Source: an uncultured Gammaproteobacteria bacterium
Lineage (GTDB): Bacteria > Patescibacteriota > Microgenomatia > UBA10105 > UBA927
Length of the DNA stretch: 64,000 nucleotides
Assembly (NCBI GenBank): GCA_964445435.1
Contig: CAYUKU010000001.1
Location: 118,942-182,941 of the forward strand
Direction: 5' to 3'
The position numbers and the translations under genes are program-made. Under the pieces are notes generated by a model that searched no databases, was not told where the DNA came from, and saw only the letters and a program-made list of their open reading frames with translations. Position 1 is the stretch's first letter. Each line of letters begins with the position of its first letter. Below are positions 29,077-38,838 of this stretch, one piece after another.

Positions 29077-29485
29077 GGTGGAGATGCCGAGTAATGAGCT
29101 CGGGTCCGAAAGCGTGCATCGTCAACATCTACAAGCGTAGTCCGTTTGGTTTCCCGCATTCAATACGAACGGACAAAAATGACGCGGGAGGTTGATCGGA
29201 TAGAGTCTCTGATATGCGCCGATCAACGCATACCTGACGGTCCGGCTAGGTTTCCACCCCGAATGCCTCACCGAACGAAGAACAAACGGGATGATTCCTT
29301 ATGCTCGCGCGAATGCGTAAGCTCGGGAATACTTGAGGGCCAGCTTCTGCTCAAGAAGAGCGAGCTTTGCTTCAAGTGCTTCTACTGTGTTATCAGCAGA
29401 TAGTGTTTGATACAGTTTTGCGGCTCGTGTATCATCGCCGGCTTGCAGTTGTAAATGTACATCTCTCGTCGAATCAATCATCCCC
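29077..29485 (-). ncRNA. ssrA: tmRNA (ssrA), about 409 nt, immediately downstream of smpB
   Basis: Minus-strand 5' end GGGGATGATTGATTCGACG resembles the conserved tmRNA 5' (GGGGCTGATTCTGGATTCGACGGG). 3' end GGAC-CCGAG-CTCATTA-CTCGG-CATCTCC-ACC gives a T-arm plus 7-nt strand complementary to the 5' GGGGATG. An internal reading frame ends ...LALKYSRAYAFARA-TAA (candidate tag). No covariance search possible here. Confidence 0.65.
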
Positions 29486-29486
29486 T

Positions 29487-29930
29487 TTATTTCACTTTCC
29501 CCCGAAACTCACGATCAAGCTCGCGCTTCTGGTCCTCCCGCCTCTTGGCTTCTCGTTTCTCAAATTGCTTCTTGCCGCGGGCAAGGCCGATCTCAAGCTT
29601 AATATGGGAACCCTTAGTATACCAAGCCAGAGGAACAAGGGTCAAACCGGCGCCCTCTATCCTTCCTTTGAGACTTGTGAGCTCTTTTCTGTGGAGAAGT
29701 AGCTTGCGAGTTCGCCGGGGATCATATCCTTCGGGGCGGGCATAGAGAAACGGGAAAATCTGAGATCCAACCAGGTATGCCTCAGATCCAATAATCCTCA
29801 CAAATGCGCCATCCAGCTGCGCGTGTCCGCCCCGCAGAGACTTCACTTCCGCTCCGGTCAGCTGGATACCCGCTTCTAACTTCTCGAGAATGGTATAGTC
29901 ATGAAACGCTTTCTTGTTTGCGATGTGCAT
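29487..29930 (-). CDS. smpB: SsrA-binding protein
   Basis: Canonical SmpB sequence (HDYTILEKLEAGIQLTGAEVKSLR...LLLHRKEL), 147 aa. Confidence 0.9.
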   Translation of the reverse strand: MHIANKKAFHDYTILEKLEAGIQLTGAEVKSLRGGHAQLDGAFVRIIGSEAYLVGSQIFPFLYARPEGYDPRRTRKLLLHRKELTSLKGRIEGAGLTLVPLAWYTKGSHIKLEIGLARGKKQFEKREAKRREDQKRELDREFRGKVK

Positions 29931-29944
29931 GGCCCCATTGTACG

Positions 29945-31762
29945 CTATTTCATCTCAAGAGCGTACACCTTGCCACCGGAAAGAAGGAGTATTTTTTTCT
30001 CTTTTTCGGAAACCGCAAACTGCTGTACTGCAAATTCACTGGACCAGCGGTACTGGGCCAGATATGTCCCGTCGGGATCCAGAACAACCACACGGCTGAG
30101 TTTCCGATCCAAAAGATAGATATTTTTCGCCTCATCGCTCGTAAACACAAGCAAATCCGCCTCAAGCGGAGGTTCTATCCCCTTGGGCACAAACGTTTCT
30201 TCTTTCCCCTGAACAAACCGGAATACCTTCCCGACTTTTGTTGCCACCCATACCCGGCTGTCAATCGTCATGTTGGTGGCGGCAGAAAAATCAGGGAATG
30301 TGTCAGGATTAAGATATTCACGAATCGGCGAAAAGCCGGATTCCACGGCGACATATTTCCAGATTCTGTTTTTCCCGGTATCCAAAACGTACAGATTGCC
30401 GCCAAACGAAACCAATTCCGTCGCCTCTCCCCACGCATCATCCCGCTTTATGATAAGGGAGGACTTCTTGTCCCCGGTTCGCACCTCAACAATTCCTTCT
30501 GGCGTCAGCGCATATACTTTGTCGCCGTGCATATCAACATCCCGTACTCCGGCCATCATTTCCCCGCCCCCAACAATCACTGCGTTTTTCGTAGGAAGAT
30601 CAAGCGTATAAAGCGTCTGTCCTGCCTGATCGGCAACAGCAAGCGTGTCTCCCACAAGAGCAAAAGAACTGGCCACGGCACCCTGTTTCACAAGACTCAT
30701 ATCAAAAAACAGCACCGGTGGTGCTTCTACAATCTGCATTGCCTGGGTCAGATTGTCGTTAATCTGCTGATACAGCGTTATCACATCTCTGCCCTGGCGG
30801 GTCCGGTCATTTATGGTTTCGATAAACGGCGCAAGTGCGTCTCTGGCTGCACCCAGTCGCTCTCTTCCTTTCACGGGATTCAGCTCAAGGAGTGCCACTC
30901 CTTCTTCAAACGCATGACGGGCTTCGGTAAGAGCGTTTTGGACTTCCGTGTTCGTCTGCGTATTCATTTGCCTCACAATGCCCAACCCGACACTCACTAA
31001 AAATACGAGAGTCGAGATAACAGCCGCAACCTTAGGGATACGCTCAGGACGCTCCCTTATGTGTACCATGTCACCTACAAACGTCTGAATGTGGTGCTTC
31101 ACTTTGGAAACTACCCTCCGAAGGGGTATGGGCGACCGTGCAGCGGCCTGCCGCGGCGTTTCAGCGGGAGCGACCTCAGGCTCAGACGGAGGCGGAGAGT
31201 CAATTTCTTCAAATTGTTCAACGGTATACACAAGGGCGACACTGCCCTCACCTCCCTGCCGTTCGTGAAGAAGCATGGTGAGTTTTTCTGCCACCTCCTG
31301 TGCGGTGAGATGGTCAAAAAGTTTCACGATTTCTGAAGCCGGCAGCGCCCGGGCAAATCCTTTCGACGCAAGAAGAAGCGTGTCTCCTTTGCGTATCTCA
31401 CCTGAGAGTCCACCATCCTGATGGATAAGCTTGGCTAGCTCATCTCCCCGTTTGATATACACGAGACCTTCGCCACGAAGGACGAGGTAAACGATGCGTC
31501 CAACAGGAACCAGAAGAATAAGACTCACGATCGCAGGATCACTGATGCCGTCGGCAATCCGTTCGATCGCCCGAAGCCCTGCAGGCTCCCCTGCCAACCC
31601 CTCACCAAGTTGTGACAGAACCCGCACGCCTTTCTGCTGGGCGCCGCCGTATTCATCGAAAATTTCAACAATCCCGTATCCGCCGGGCTGCACAAGGACC
31701 TGCCCCCACCTTTTCCCGTCTGCCGGGCCGACGGCAAGTCCGATCTGTGATTTCACACGCAT
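29945..31762 (-). CDS. Hypothetical membrane protein: N-terminal cytoplasmic domain, one TM, C-terminal beta-propeller-like extracytoplasmic domain
   Basis: 605 aa; TM helix VAAVISTLVFLVSVGLGIV; C-terminal repeats (VYALTPEGIVEV, LYVLDTGKNRIWKY, IYLLDRKLSRVVVLDPDG) suggest a beta-propeller; the 398-aa plus-strand ORF 29804..31000 is its shadow. Confidence 0.55.
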   Translation of the reverse strand: MRVKSQIGLAVGPADGKRWGQVLVQPGGYGIVEIFDEYGGAQQKGVRVLSQLGEGLAGEPAGLRAIERIADGISDPAIVSLILLVPVGRIVYLVLRGEGLVYIKRGDELAKLIHQDGGLSGEIRKGDTLLLASKGFARALPASEIVKLFDHLTAQEVAEKLTMLLHERQGGEGSVALVYTVEQFEEIDSPPPSEPEVAPAETPRQAAARSPIPLRRVVSKVKHHIQTFVGDMVHIRERPERIPKVAAVISTLVFLVSVGLGIVRQMNTQTNTEVQNALTEARHAFEEGVALLELNPVKGRERLGAARDALAPFIETINDRTRQGRDVITLYQQINDNLTQAMQIVEAPPVLFFDMSLVKQGAVASSFALVGDTLAVADQAGQTLYTLDLPTKNAVIVGGGEMMAGVRDVDMHGDKVYALTPEGIVEVRTGDKKSSLIIKRDDAWGEATELVSFGGNLYVLDTGKNRIWKYVAVESGFSPIREYLNPDTFPDFSAATNMTIDSRVWVATKVGKVFRFVQGKEETFVPKGIEPPLEADLLVFTSDEAKNIYLLDRKLSRVVVLDPDGTYLAQYRWSSEFAVQQFAVSEKEKKILLLSGGKVYALEMK

Positions 31763-31790
31763 ATCTCTATCTTAGCAGAGATATGAAGGT

Positions 31791-32009
31791 CTAAAGAAGC
31801 ATCACCGCAAGAAGAAATGTTCCTATCGCCGCAAACAGATGAATGTACATCAGAAGCCGCAAAACAGGCTCAAACCCTTCCTCCAAAACGTCAGCCATCA
31901 GATGCTCCTGGCGCACCATGACGACCGCAAATATGCCATAGAGCCCAAGTCCTAAAAGCACGAAAGATTTAAGAATAAGTCCGGTTATGAATGCGATATC
32001 GATATTCAT
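31791..32009 (-). CDS. Small two-TM membrane protein, hypothetical
   Basis: 72 aa, two hydrophobic helices; 4-bp overlap with upstream gene. Confidence 0.4.
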   Translation of the reverse strand: MNIDIAFITGLILKSFVLLGLGLYGIFAVVMVRQEHLMADVLEEGFEPVLRLLMYIHLFAAIGTFLLAVMLL

Positions 32010-32659
32010 GGCGTTCCGAATATCTGCTCGGTAAGCGTTCGAATCGTTTCTACGACTTTTTCCGGATTGGGCACCTTGTCAAACTCAAGATTGGGCATTT
32101 CCCCTGCCGTCTCCACCCGGACATTCCCGTAATTGAAGAATGACGCGAAAATTCCGCCCGAGGAATACGAAATATCCTGAATCTTGTTGAGCTCTGCCTG
32201 TGAAAACTCCTTGTAGAGAAGATAGTAAAAATCGATATCGATAACCCGCTCGTTTGTGACGATGTAGATGTTAAAAAACCACCCCAAGAATTTCGCGAGA
32301 ATAAACCCGAACGTGCCCACATACCAAAACAAGGTCCCCACGATAACATATCCCATGGGTATGGAAACCGTCAGACCCAAGGCGCTCCTGATAATCGGAA
32401 ACACAATGCCTGGCGAGAGGATGAGAATAATCGCAAAAAGAACCCACGGGAGATTGACAATAATATGCTGACGCAAAAAAAGTATAACCGTTTCCCCCGC
32501 TTCCTGCGTCTCAAACCGGATGCCATCCGGGTTAACGGCAAAACTCGTGAGGGGACCCATTTTCGTGTGACTGCTTGAGAGAACGCCGTGGGCTTTCGGG
32601 GAAGGGCTCTGTCCCTTTTTCTTGGCGGCAGAATGCGGAGATTGAAATATCGTCGGCAC
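32006..32659 (-). CDS. Membrane protein with bacterial PH-like (YdbS/YdbT-type) domain
   Basis: Two TM helices followed by YIVTNERVIDIDF... motif characteristic of bPH_2 domains. Confidence 0.5.
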   Translation of the reverse strand: MPTIFQSPHSAAKKKGQSPSPKAHGVLSSSHTKMGPLTSFAVNPDGIRFETQEAGETVILFLRQHIIVNLPWVLFAIILILSPGIVFPIIRSALGLTVSIPMGYVIVGTLFWYVGTFGFILAKFLGWFFNIYIVTNERVIDIDFYYLLYKEFSQAELNKIQDISYSSGGIFASFFNYGNVRVETAGEMPNLEFDKVPNPEKVVETIRTLTEQIFGTP

Positions 32660-32681
32660 GGCTCTATTGTACTACACAAGC

Positions 32682-34385
32682 CTATTTTTTCTCAATGTTG
32701 AAAAGACCGGACTTAAGGGAAATTTTCCCGGGAGCACGCAGATTAAATGCTTTATAGAAATCATTCCCGTTTATGGACACACTGCCTTTGTTCGTCTGGA
32801 ACGTGACCGTGGCGGTCGTGCCTCCGTCTGAATACGTCACGCTTGCCCCTGACACACTGGTGTAGCCGCCAATACTCCGAAGATCACTTACGCTATAGGG
32901 GTTGCCGCTCCAGCAGGGTCCCAGCGGGGTGACCCGTGAACTATCCCCGCCACCCTGAAACAAAACCTGCCACCCGTTTAAAATGTCTGCCATCTCCTCG
33001 CTTGTGAGCCACGGATGACTTCTGCCGCAACTATCCCCTGAACGGTCCTTATACCACCCCTTATAAAACCACGGGCTGCCGGCAATCTTCTCATATGCCT
33101 GGCTTGTCCAGCCGCTTCTTCCGTTTGACGTGTCCCAAAACCCCGGCGTCGCATAGCCGTTACTTGAGTATGACTCCTGATATCCGCCGCTTGTTGAGGC
33201 ATACCACGTCGAAAACGGTGAACCGTTGGCATAGACCACCTTCCCCCGTGTTGCATTGACCGCCTCCTCCCATTTACCACCCTTGGGGTTGGGCTTAAAG
33301 ACCTGACAACTCTCGGTGGCACAAATCGTCCCGCCGCGGGCAAGAGCGTAACTTCGGGCCGCAATCGCCTGCGCCTTGAGCGCCTCCATGCCGCCTTCAT
33401 CTCCCCAGCTTCCCGGCATTTCATAGATACGCTTGGCGTATTCTTCCAGAGAATACGTGCCGTATCCTGTCACAGTGATCTGAGCGTCGGGATTATGATC
33501 CCGAATCTCAATACCGGACCCGTAATACGCCTTCAGAATCTGCTCATAATTCTGCCCACTTTTTGCCCGTCCAAATGCGCCATATTGACTCATGCCCTTA
33601 AAGTGCGGTGCTCCGAAGCTGAATGCGGCAAACGCAGGTGAAAATCCAGGATTATAGTCGGGCCTGCTTGCCGCATCATCCGCAAGCGGCACATCACCAA
33701 CGGTTGTCTGAAATGTGCCGGTTTTCGCGTTTAAGATAGACTGCTGAAGCGTGGTAAGATTGGCAATAAACCCGGAGAGTTTCGTCTGATAGGCTTCCGC
33801 GTCGTTCACCAGCTTGCGAACGGAGGCGGCCCGCTTATCTGTTTCTTCTTTAAGATACGCGAGCGATGAGCGCTCGGCTTCCAAATTTTTCTTCTTATCT
33901 TCCAGATCCTTGACCGAGAGCGCGGTCTGCGTGATGACCTTCTTGTCCTCGTTGATAACCGCCTGCTGGTACGCAAATACGCGGAAAAAGCTCCCGATAT
34001 TCGATTCGGACAAAAACGTCACCAGCGGATTATTAAGCGTATTTCGTATATAGAATTCGCGGATCCGACGGCTTGCGACTCCCAGAAATCCGGACAATTC
34101 ACGTTCTCCCTGGGCGATAGCTACCGCCTTCTTGGCGACATCCGCTTCTATGGTTTTGATGCGTGCCTGGAAAGCGGCGATGTCTGACTCCATTTTCTTC
34201 AAAGCCGTAATATGGGGCTGCTTGGCTGCTTCCATCTGATTCCACGCTTCCTGGCATTTGGCGATTTTTTCGCGACATTCTATTGCGTTACTGCACGTCG
34301 GATCACACGACTGGGCAGCTACCGAAGACGCGCCGAATCCCACAAGAACCAGGCATGCAAAAAGAAAAGATAGGATATGTCTCAT
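32682..34385 (-). CDS. Secreted SpoIID/LytB-domain protein with N-terminal coiled-coil region
   Basis: Signal peptide MRHILSFLFACLVLVGFGASSVAAQ; long coiled coil; SpoIID/LytB signature EALKAQAIAARSYALARGG...YASTSGG. Confidence 0.7.
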   Translation of the reverse strand: MRHILSFLFACLVLVGFGASSVAAQSCDPTCSNAIECREKIAKCQEAWNQMEAAKQPHITALKKMESDIAAFQARIKTIEADVAKKAVAIAQGERELSGFLGVASRRIREFYIRNTLNNPLVTFLSESNIGSFFRVFAYQQAVINEDKKVITQTALSVKDLEDKKKNLEAERSSLAYLKEETDKRAASVRKLVNDAEAYQTKLSGFIANLTTLQQSILNAKTGTFQTTVGDVPLADDAASRPDYNPGFSPAFAAFSFGAPHFKGMSQYGAFGRAKSGQNYEQILKAYYGSGIEIRDHNPDAQITVTGYGTYSLEEYAKRIYEMPGSWGDEGGMEALKAQAIAARSYALARGGTICATESCQVFKPNPKGGKWEEAVNATRGKVVYANGSPFSTWYASTSGGYQESYSSNGYATPGFWDTSNGRSGWTSQAYEKIAGSPWFYKGWYKDRSGDSCGRSHPWLTSEEMADILNGWQVLFQGGGDSSRVTPLGPCWSGNPYSVSDLRSIGGYTSVSGASVTYSDGGTTATVTFQTNKGSVSINGNDFYKAFNLRAPGKISLKSGLFNIEKK

Positions 34386-34489
34386 ATCAGATCCGGATAT
34401 TCACGCACATGGGGCCAGCGATGATTGCTTCGTTCATTGTAGCATCCGCAAAGCTTTATTTTCAAAACGGTATTTGATAGACTAAACGT

Positions 34490-34954
34490 ATGCGCAAATT
34501 TGGCCTTCTTATCGGGCTATTTCTCGTATTGGGAATCGTTGTCCCACGGCCTACCTTTGCACAAACGCCACCCCCGCTTATCCAAAACTCTATCTGCGAA
34601 ACCCTTCCTGACGCAAAGAGGGGAGACTGCGACACATGCATGGGAGACAACTCCGGGGTATGGACAGCGCTTGGCTGCATTAATATAGCAAACATGGATA
34701 ATCCGGACCCGAGCGATTTTCTGGAAACTCTCTTGAGCTTGGGTATCGGCATAGGCGGAGGTATCTCGTTTTTGCTTATCCTTTTTGGGGGCCTTCAGAT
34801 TATGACCAGCGCCGGCAACCCGGAACAGCTTCACGCGGGCCGCGAACTCATAAGCGCAGCCGTCACAGGCCTTTTGCTTGTTATTTTCTCCATATTCCTC
34901 CTCAAGTTTATCGGGGTAAATATCATCGGTATTCCGGGATTCACGGGAGTGTAA
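34490..34954 (+). CDS. VirB2/TrbC-like T4SS pilin paralog (signal peptide + two hydrophobic helices)
   Basis: Signal peptide ending AQT; C-terminal LGIGIGGGISFLLILFGGLQIMTSAGNPEQL...GLLLVIFSIFLLKFIG matches the two-helix TrbC/VirB2 architecture and the motif shared with the six-gene array at 44061..46249. Confidence 0.6.
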   Translation: MRKFGLLIGLFLVLGIVVPRPTFAQTPPPLIQNSICETLPDAKRGDCDTCMGDNSGVWTALGCINIANMDNPDPSDFLETLLSLGIGIGGGISFLLILFGGLQIMTSAGNPEQLHAGRELISAAVTGLLLVIFSIFLLKFIGVNIIGIPGFTGV

Positions 34955-34955
34955 T

Positions 34956-35324
34956 ATGACTCATCAATTGCTCGCCCAAACACTCAATCTCCCCTGGGGA
35001 TCAGGAGGAGAAACCAAAATCCAAGGCCCCTTGAAAGGAAGTGCGTTTGGGCTGGGCGGCGGAGAAAATTTTACCCTCGGCACCATCATAAGCCGTTCTA
35101 TGGACTACATCTTTATCTTCGCGGGCGTGGGGCTGCTTCTGATGCTTCTTGCCGGTGGATTTACGTTCCTCACAAGCGCGGGCGACTCCAAAAAACTGGA
35201 ACAGGGCAAACAGCAGCTGACCAATGCACTTCTGGGATTTGTGATCATCTTTGTTTCCTTCTGGCTCGTGCAGGCTTTGGGGTATATCTTCGGGCTTGAA
35301 TCAATCGAGAATATTTTCCAGTAG
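34956..35324 (+). CDS. VirB2/TrbC-like T4SS pilin paralog
   Basis: Leader MTHQLLAQTLNLP resembles leader of the 45101 paralog (MEHTLLAQLRNPV); core IFIFAGVGLLLMLLAGGFTFLTSAGDSKKLEQGKQQLTNALLGFVIIFVSFWLV. Confidence 0.6.
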   Translation: MTHQLLAQTLNLPWGSGGETKIQGPLKGSAFGLGGGENFTLGTIISRSMDYIFIFAGVGLLLMLLAGGFTFLTSAGDSKKLEQGKQQLTNALLGFVIIFVSFWLVQALGYIFGLESIENIFQ

Positions 35325-35325
35325 A

Positions 35326-36030
35326 TTACGCGCCAAATCTCCGCTTTCTTCCGGCAAATTCTTTCAAAATCTCATCCAGTTTTTCCGGCGCAAACTCCGG
35401 CATATACCAGTCGGCAAACAGAAGCTCGCTATACTGACTCTGCCAGAGCAAAAATCCGCTTAAGCGCTTCTCGCCGCCCGGTCGTATGATCAAATCCGGA
35501 TCCGGAATATCAGCCGTATCCAAATACTGATGAAACGTCTCTTCCGTCAAAGAGACACTTGCGCCGGATGGCACCTTTGCGATTGCCCGGATAATCTCAT
35601 CTCTACCGCCGTAGTTAAGCGCGAAAATAACCGTGATGCGGGTGTTGTGTTTCGTAAGCTCGATAAGTTTCCGCAGGGATTCTTGGATATCGGCATCAAG
35701 CTTCGATATATCGCCGATAACTTTCACTCTCATTCCCTTTTTGTGCATCCTTTGGCCGTAGGCACCAAATCCCCACCGAAGAAGCTTCATGATTCCTCCC
35801 ACTTCGTCTTTTGTACGCTTCCAGTTCTCGGTAGACCACGCCCAGAGGGTGAGATACTCGATACCCGCATCAGCCGCGCGCTCGATAAGCGGTTCGAGAA
35901 TATGGGTTGCCACCCTGCGGTGACCCTCAACTGCTGGAAGATTGTGTTCCCGCGCCCACCGGCGATTTCCATCCATAATGATAGCCACGTGTTTTGGAAT
36001 GTCTATCGTCTTTTCCGTTTTCATACGCAT
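35326..36030 (-). CDS. uppS: Undecaprenyl diphosphate synthase (cis-isoprenyl transferase)
   Basis: HVAIIMDGNRRWA and YELLFADWYMPEF-type C-terminal motifs; last gene of mevalonate operon. Confidence 0.85.
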   Translation of the reverse strand: MRMKTEKTIDIPKHVAIIMDGNRRWAREHNLPAVEGHRRVATHILEPLIERAADAGIEYLTLWAWSTENWKRTKDEVGGIMKLLRWGFGAYGQRMHKKGMRVKVIGDISKLDADIQESLRKLIELTKHNTRITVIFALNYGGRDEIIRAIAKVPSGASVSLTEETFHQYLDTADIPDPDLIIRPGGEKRLSGFLLWQSQYSELLFADWYMPEFAPEKLDEILKEFAGRKRRFGA

Positions 36031-36047
36031 GTTAGCGTGTTATCACA

Positions 36048-37028
36048 TTAAAATAGATGCTCTGATATCTTCTTCGCCCCAGCAGACGGCCTGTTTGCGA
36101 TGATGGATTCGATTCCGTCCAGTTTTCGTAATTTTTCCATAACCAGTGACTCATGTTTCCCTTCGCACAGCACGTGCACGTTGGGTCCCGCGTCAATGGT
36201 AAAGTATACCGGTACGCCTTCTTTTCTCCAAAGGCGTACCGCATCCATAAGGATGCGCGTCGTATCATTCCAGTACAGAAGCGGCGGGACTTGTGTCTGC
36301 ATGACGGCATGCATATCAAAACAGTCTTCCTCTACTACCTGCCCAAACTCGGAAAAATTCTTTTCTCCCAATGCACGCACCAGACGCTCCATTCTTCCGG
36401 GTATCGAAGAGAGCCGCGACGTAAGTTTCGGGCTCGTGGCGACATTCTTCATGCCGTCGGTTGTTGAAATTTTCTTCATTCCCGAATCGACAATCACAAG
36501 AAGGTCACGGATATCCCAATACTCGCTTGGATGCAAAGACCGTGCATACGAGGTATCCGAAGAATACCCCTTTTCCCATATAACAAATCCGTCGGGAATA
36601 CTTCTGCATGCTGATCCCGAGCCCAGCCTAGCAAATATCGTCAGCTCTTTTTCCGATGCCGATATCCCCGCTGCGGCAAACGCGGCAACGGTGAGAGCGG
36701 CAAACCCCGACGCGGATGCCGCGGCCCCCGCACCTTTGGGAAACGTGTTTTTCGTGACCACGCGTGCAGGCATGTCTAAACCACCTTTTTCCCGAATCAG
36801 ATTAAGACTCCCGATGACGCGATCCTTTTCACTCGGGGAAAATATTCCACCCAGAAGTTCAACCGAATCGTTGTTGTATCCCCGGGAAAACTCCACAGTC
36901 GTTGTCGTATACGCGCCACTCAAATTCATGGAAAGCGAATCATTAAGAGGAATGCGAAGCGTCTCATCAGCCTTTCCCCAGTATTTGATAAACGCGATAT
37001 TTGCCGGTGCTTGTGCAGTTGCTTTCAT
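36048..37028 (-). CDS. mvaD: Diphosphomevalonate decarboxylase (or phosphomevalonate decarboxylase)
   Basis: N-terminal signature APANIAFIKYWGK; GHMP-fold length 326 aa. Confidence 0.85.
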   Translation of the reverse strand: MKATAQAPANIAFIKYWGKADETLRIPLNDSLSMNLSGAYTTTTVEFSRGYNNDSVELLGGIFSPSEKDRVIGSLNLIREKGGLDMPARVVTKNTFPKGAGAAASASGFAALTVAAFAAAGISASEKELTIFARLGSGSACRSIPDGFVIWEKGYSSDTSYARSLHPSEYWDIRDLLVIVDSGMKKISTTDGMKNVATSPKLTSRLSSIPGRMERLVRALGEKNFSEFGQVVEEDCFDMHAVMQTQVPPLLYWNDTTRILMDAVRLWRKEGVPVYFTIDAGPNVHVLCEGKHESLVMEKLRKLDGIESIIANRPSAGAKKISEHLF

Positions 37029-37939
37029 GCATCCCTCCGTACTCCTTCTGCGTTCAACGAAAACCTAAGCACTTCTCCGCCGGCGGCAACGATGGCCTTC
37101 TCAACTGCTTGCCTTCTGTCCTGAGGGGTAATTGCGATCATGCAGTCTGAGCCTCCGGCGCCCGATAGTTTGGCTCCCCATGCGCCCGCGTTTTTGGCGG
37201 CAAGGATAAGCGCTTCAAGCTTCTCGGAGCTTACCCCCAAATCCCGAAGATATTCCTGATTGAAGTCAAAAAGTTTTCCCACGCGCTCCCAGTCTCCCTC
37301 GCCCATGTGCATGCGGGCTTCTTCGACCAATTTTCCAATCGCGTCAAAGATTCTCTCAACCTTTTGCGGCTCGGAATCGCGTTTTTTTCCCACGTCACGG
37401 ACAATGGTCATGGTGTCCGCTTTCACACCGGTGTAGCCGATAATGATAGGGGGAGGCGGTACTGCCATAGGTTCAACGACCTCCCCTTCATTCTTATAGT
37501 ACAGTGCGCCACCCCACGTTGCCGCCGCGACATCAAACCCTGATCCGCCCCTTTGCACTTCTTTCGTGGTTTTATACGAAAGCTCAAATATCTCCCCGGG
37601 TGTACCTTTCTTCCCCAAGAATTCCCGAAGCGCAAACACCATCGCGACGGTTACTGCCGCCGATGACCCAAAGCCGAAGCTGGAGCTAAATTCGCTTTTC
37701 GTATGTACCGTGATGCCCGAAACCTCCTCTTTCCAGCGTGCCCTCACTGTTTCGATTGCCCGGGAAACAAACTTGGTATCGGAAACCTGCGGAGCATCAA
37801 TAACAACGCCGCTATCCCTTCTTTTTTCTACCGACACCGACAATCTCGCGTTTACGGCCGTTACGATACACGGGCGCCCATACACCACTGCGTGTTCGCC
37901 CATAAGAAGAAGTTTGCCCGGCGCTGAGACGGTTATCAT
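37025..37939 (-). CDS. GHMP kinase, mevalonate kinase/phosphomevalonate kinase paralog
   Basis: MITVSAPGKLLLMGEHAVVYG N-terminal motif and GFGSSAAVTVA ATP-binding motif; which of the two GHMP paralogs is MVK vs PMK cannot be resolved by eye. Confidence 0.75.
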   Translation of the reverse strand: MITVSAPGKLLLMGEHAVVYGRPCIVTAVNARLSVSVEKRRDSGVVIDAPQVSDTKFVSRAIETVRARWKEEVSGITVHTKSEFSSSFGFGSSAAVTVAMVFALREFLGKKGTPGEIFELSYKTTKEVQRGGSGFDVAAATWGGALYYKNEGEVVEPMAVPPPPIIIGYTGVKADTMTIVRDVGKKRDSEPQKVERIFDAIGKLVEEARMHMGEGDWERVGKLFDFNQEYLRDLGVSSEKLEALILAAKNAGAWGAKLSGAGGSDCMIAITPQDRRQAVEKAIVAAGGEVLRFSLNAEGVRRDA

Positions 37940-38838
37940 GATTTGCTCTCCAATCGTATACCTTCCTCGCCAAGCGTAATTGGTACTGCCCCCTTTGGCG
38001 GATGCTCGGAATAACAAAGGAGGAACCCAACGCCGTCTGTTTTCCCGCCTCCTCCAAGTATTTTGGCGGCTCCCCCCTCACCCTCCACCTGTCGAATGAT
38101 TGACATAGCCTTTTTGCTCACCACTCCCATGCCCTCCAAACTCCGCTGCCCGTTTCGTATCGCTGATAAAAGCATTTTTCTGTCACCTGTTTTAAGCGCA
38201 ATCGCTACTCTTTTCGTCTCACGTTCATTATCATCGAAAAGTCTTGTCATCTTTGAGGGCTGACTGCCGAAACGGTCTTTCACATACGCGACCATGTCGC
38301 CTGTCGTCTCCTGGGGTCTGCCTGTATCTATCAGAAAAAACCCGGACAACGTTGTTTTGATAGGCATCTGCCAAATACTTCGCAAAAACTCAAGCTCCTT
38401 TCGGAACCAAATAAATCCTCCCATCGTGACTGCCGTGTTGTCTCCTCCTGAGGGGTTCCCGTGCTTGTACTTTTCAATCTCATACGCGAGCTGATTTATT
38501 GCCATGGGATTCCACGTTTTTTTAACGTAATAGGTAAACGCTCCCGCAACCCCTACCGCAACCGCTGCGGATGATCCGAGGTGGTATCCTGCCGGAATCT
38601 GTGAATCGATAACGATGCGGATGTCGGGAACCTCAGAGAGTTTATACGTTTTGGCTAAAAACGAAACCGCCTGCTCAACATAGGATTGAGGCTCAGCGCA
38701 AACTATCTCAAATCGGTCGTGTTGTTCGATGGAAACAGACAGACGAAGATCAATCGCAGCGAGAAGCGCAGGCTTCCCGTACACAACGGCGTGTTCTCCC
38801 ATCAGATGAACCTTCCCCGGAACTGAAACGGTAATCAT
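37936..38838 (-). CDS. GHMP kinase, probable mevalonate kinase
   Basis: MITVSVPGKVHLMGEHAVVYG and HLGSSAAVAVGVAGA motifs; 4-bp ATGA overlap with downstream paralog. Confidence 0.75.
   Translation of the reverse strand: MITVSVPGKVHLMGEHAVVYGKPALLAAIDLRLSVSIEQHDRFEIVCAEPQSYVEQAVSFLAKTYKLSEVPDIRIVIDSQIPAGYHLGSSAAVAVGVAGAFTYYVKKTWNPMAINQLAYEIEKYKHGNPSGGDNTAVTMGGFIWFRKELEFLRSIWQMPIKTTLSGFFLIDTGRPQETTGDMVAYVKDRFGSQPSKMTRLFDDNERETKRVAIALKTGDRKMLLSAIRNGQRSLEGMGVVSKKAMSIIRQVEGEGGAAKILGGGGKTDGVGFLLCYSEHPPKGAVPITLGEEGIRLESKS

Noticed and set aside
29299-29481. 60-aa minus-strand ORF (MIDSTRDV...AYAFARA) called by the six-frame track
   Set aside because: Lies entirely inside the predicted tmRNA. Its C-terminal portion is more plausibly the tmRNA tag reading frame than a protein-coding gene.
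29804-31000. 398-aa plus-strand ORF
   Set aside because: Shadow ORF antisense to the 605-aa membrane/beta-propeller gene; Arg/His-rich low-complexity translation typical of antisense frames in higher-GC coding sequence.
36100-37068. 322-aa plus-strand ORF
   Set aside because: Antisense shadow of the diphosphomevalonate decarboxylase gene, which has clear family motifs.
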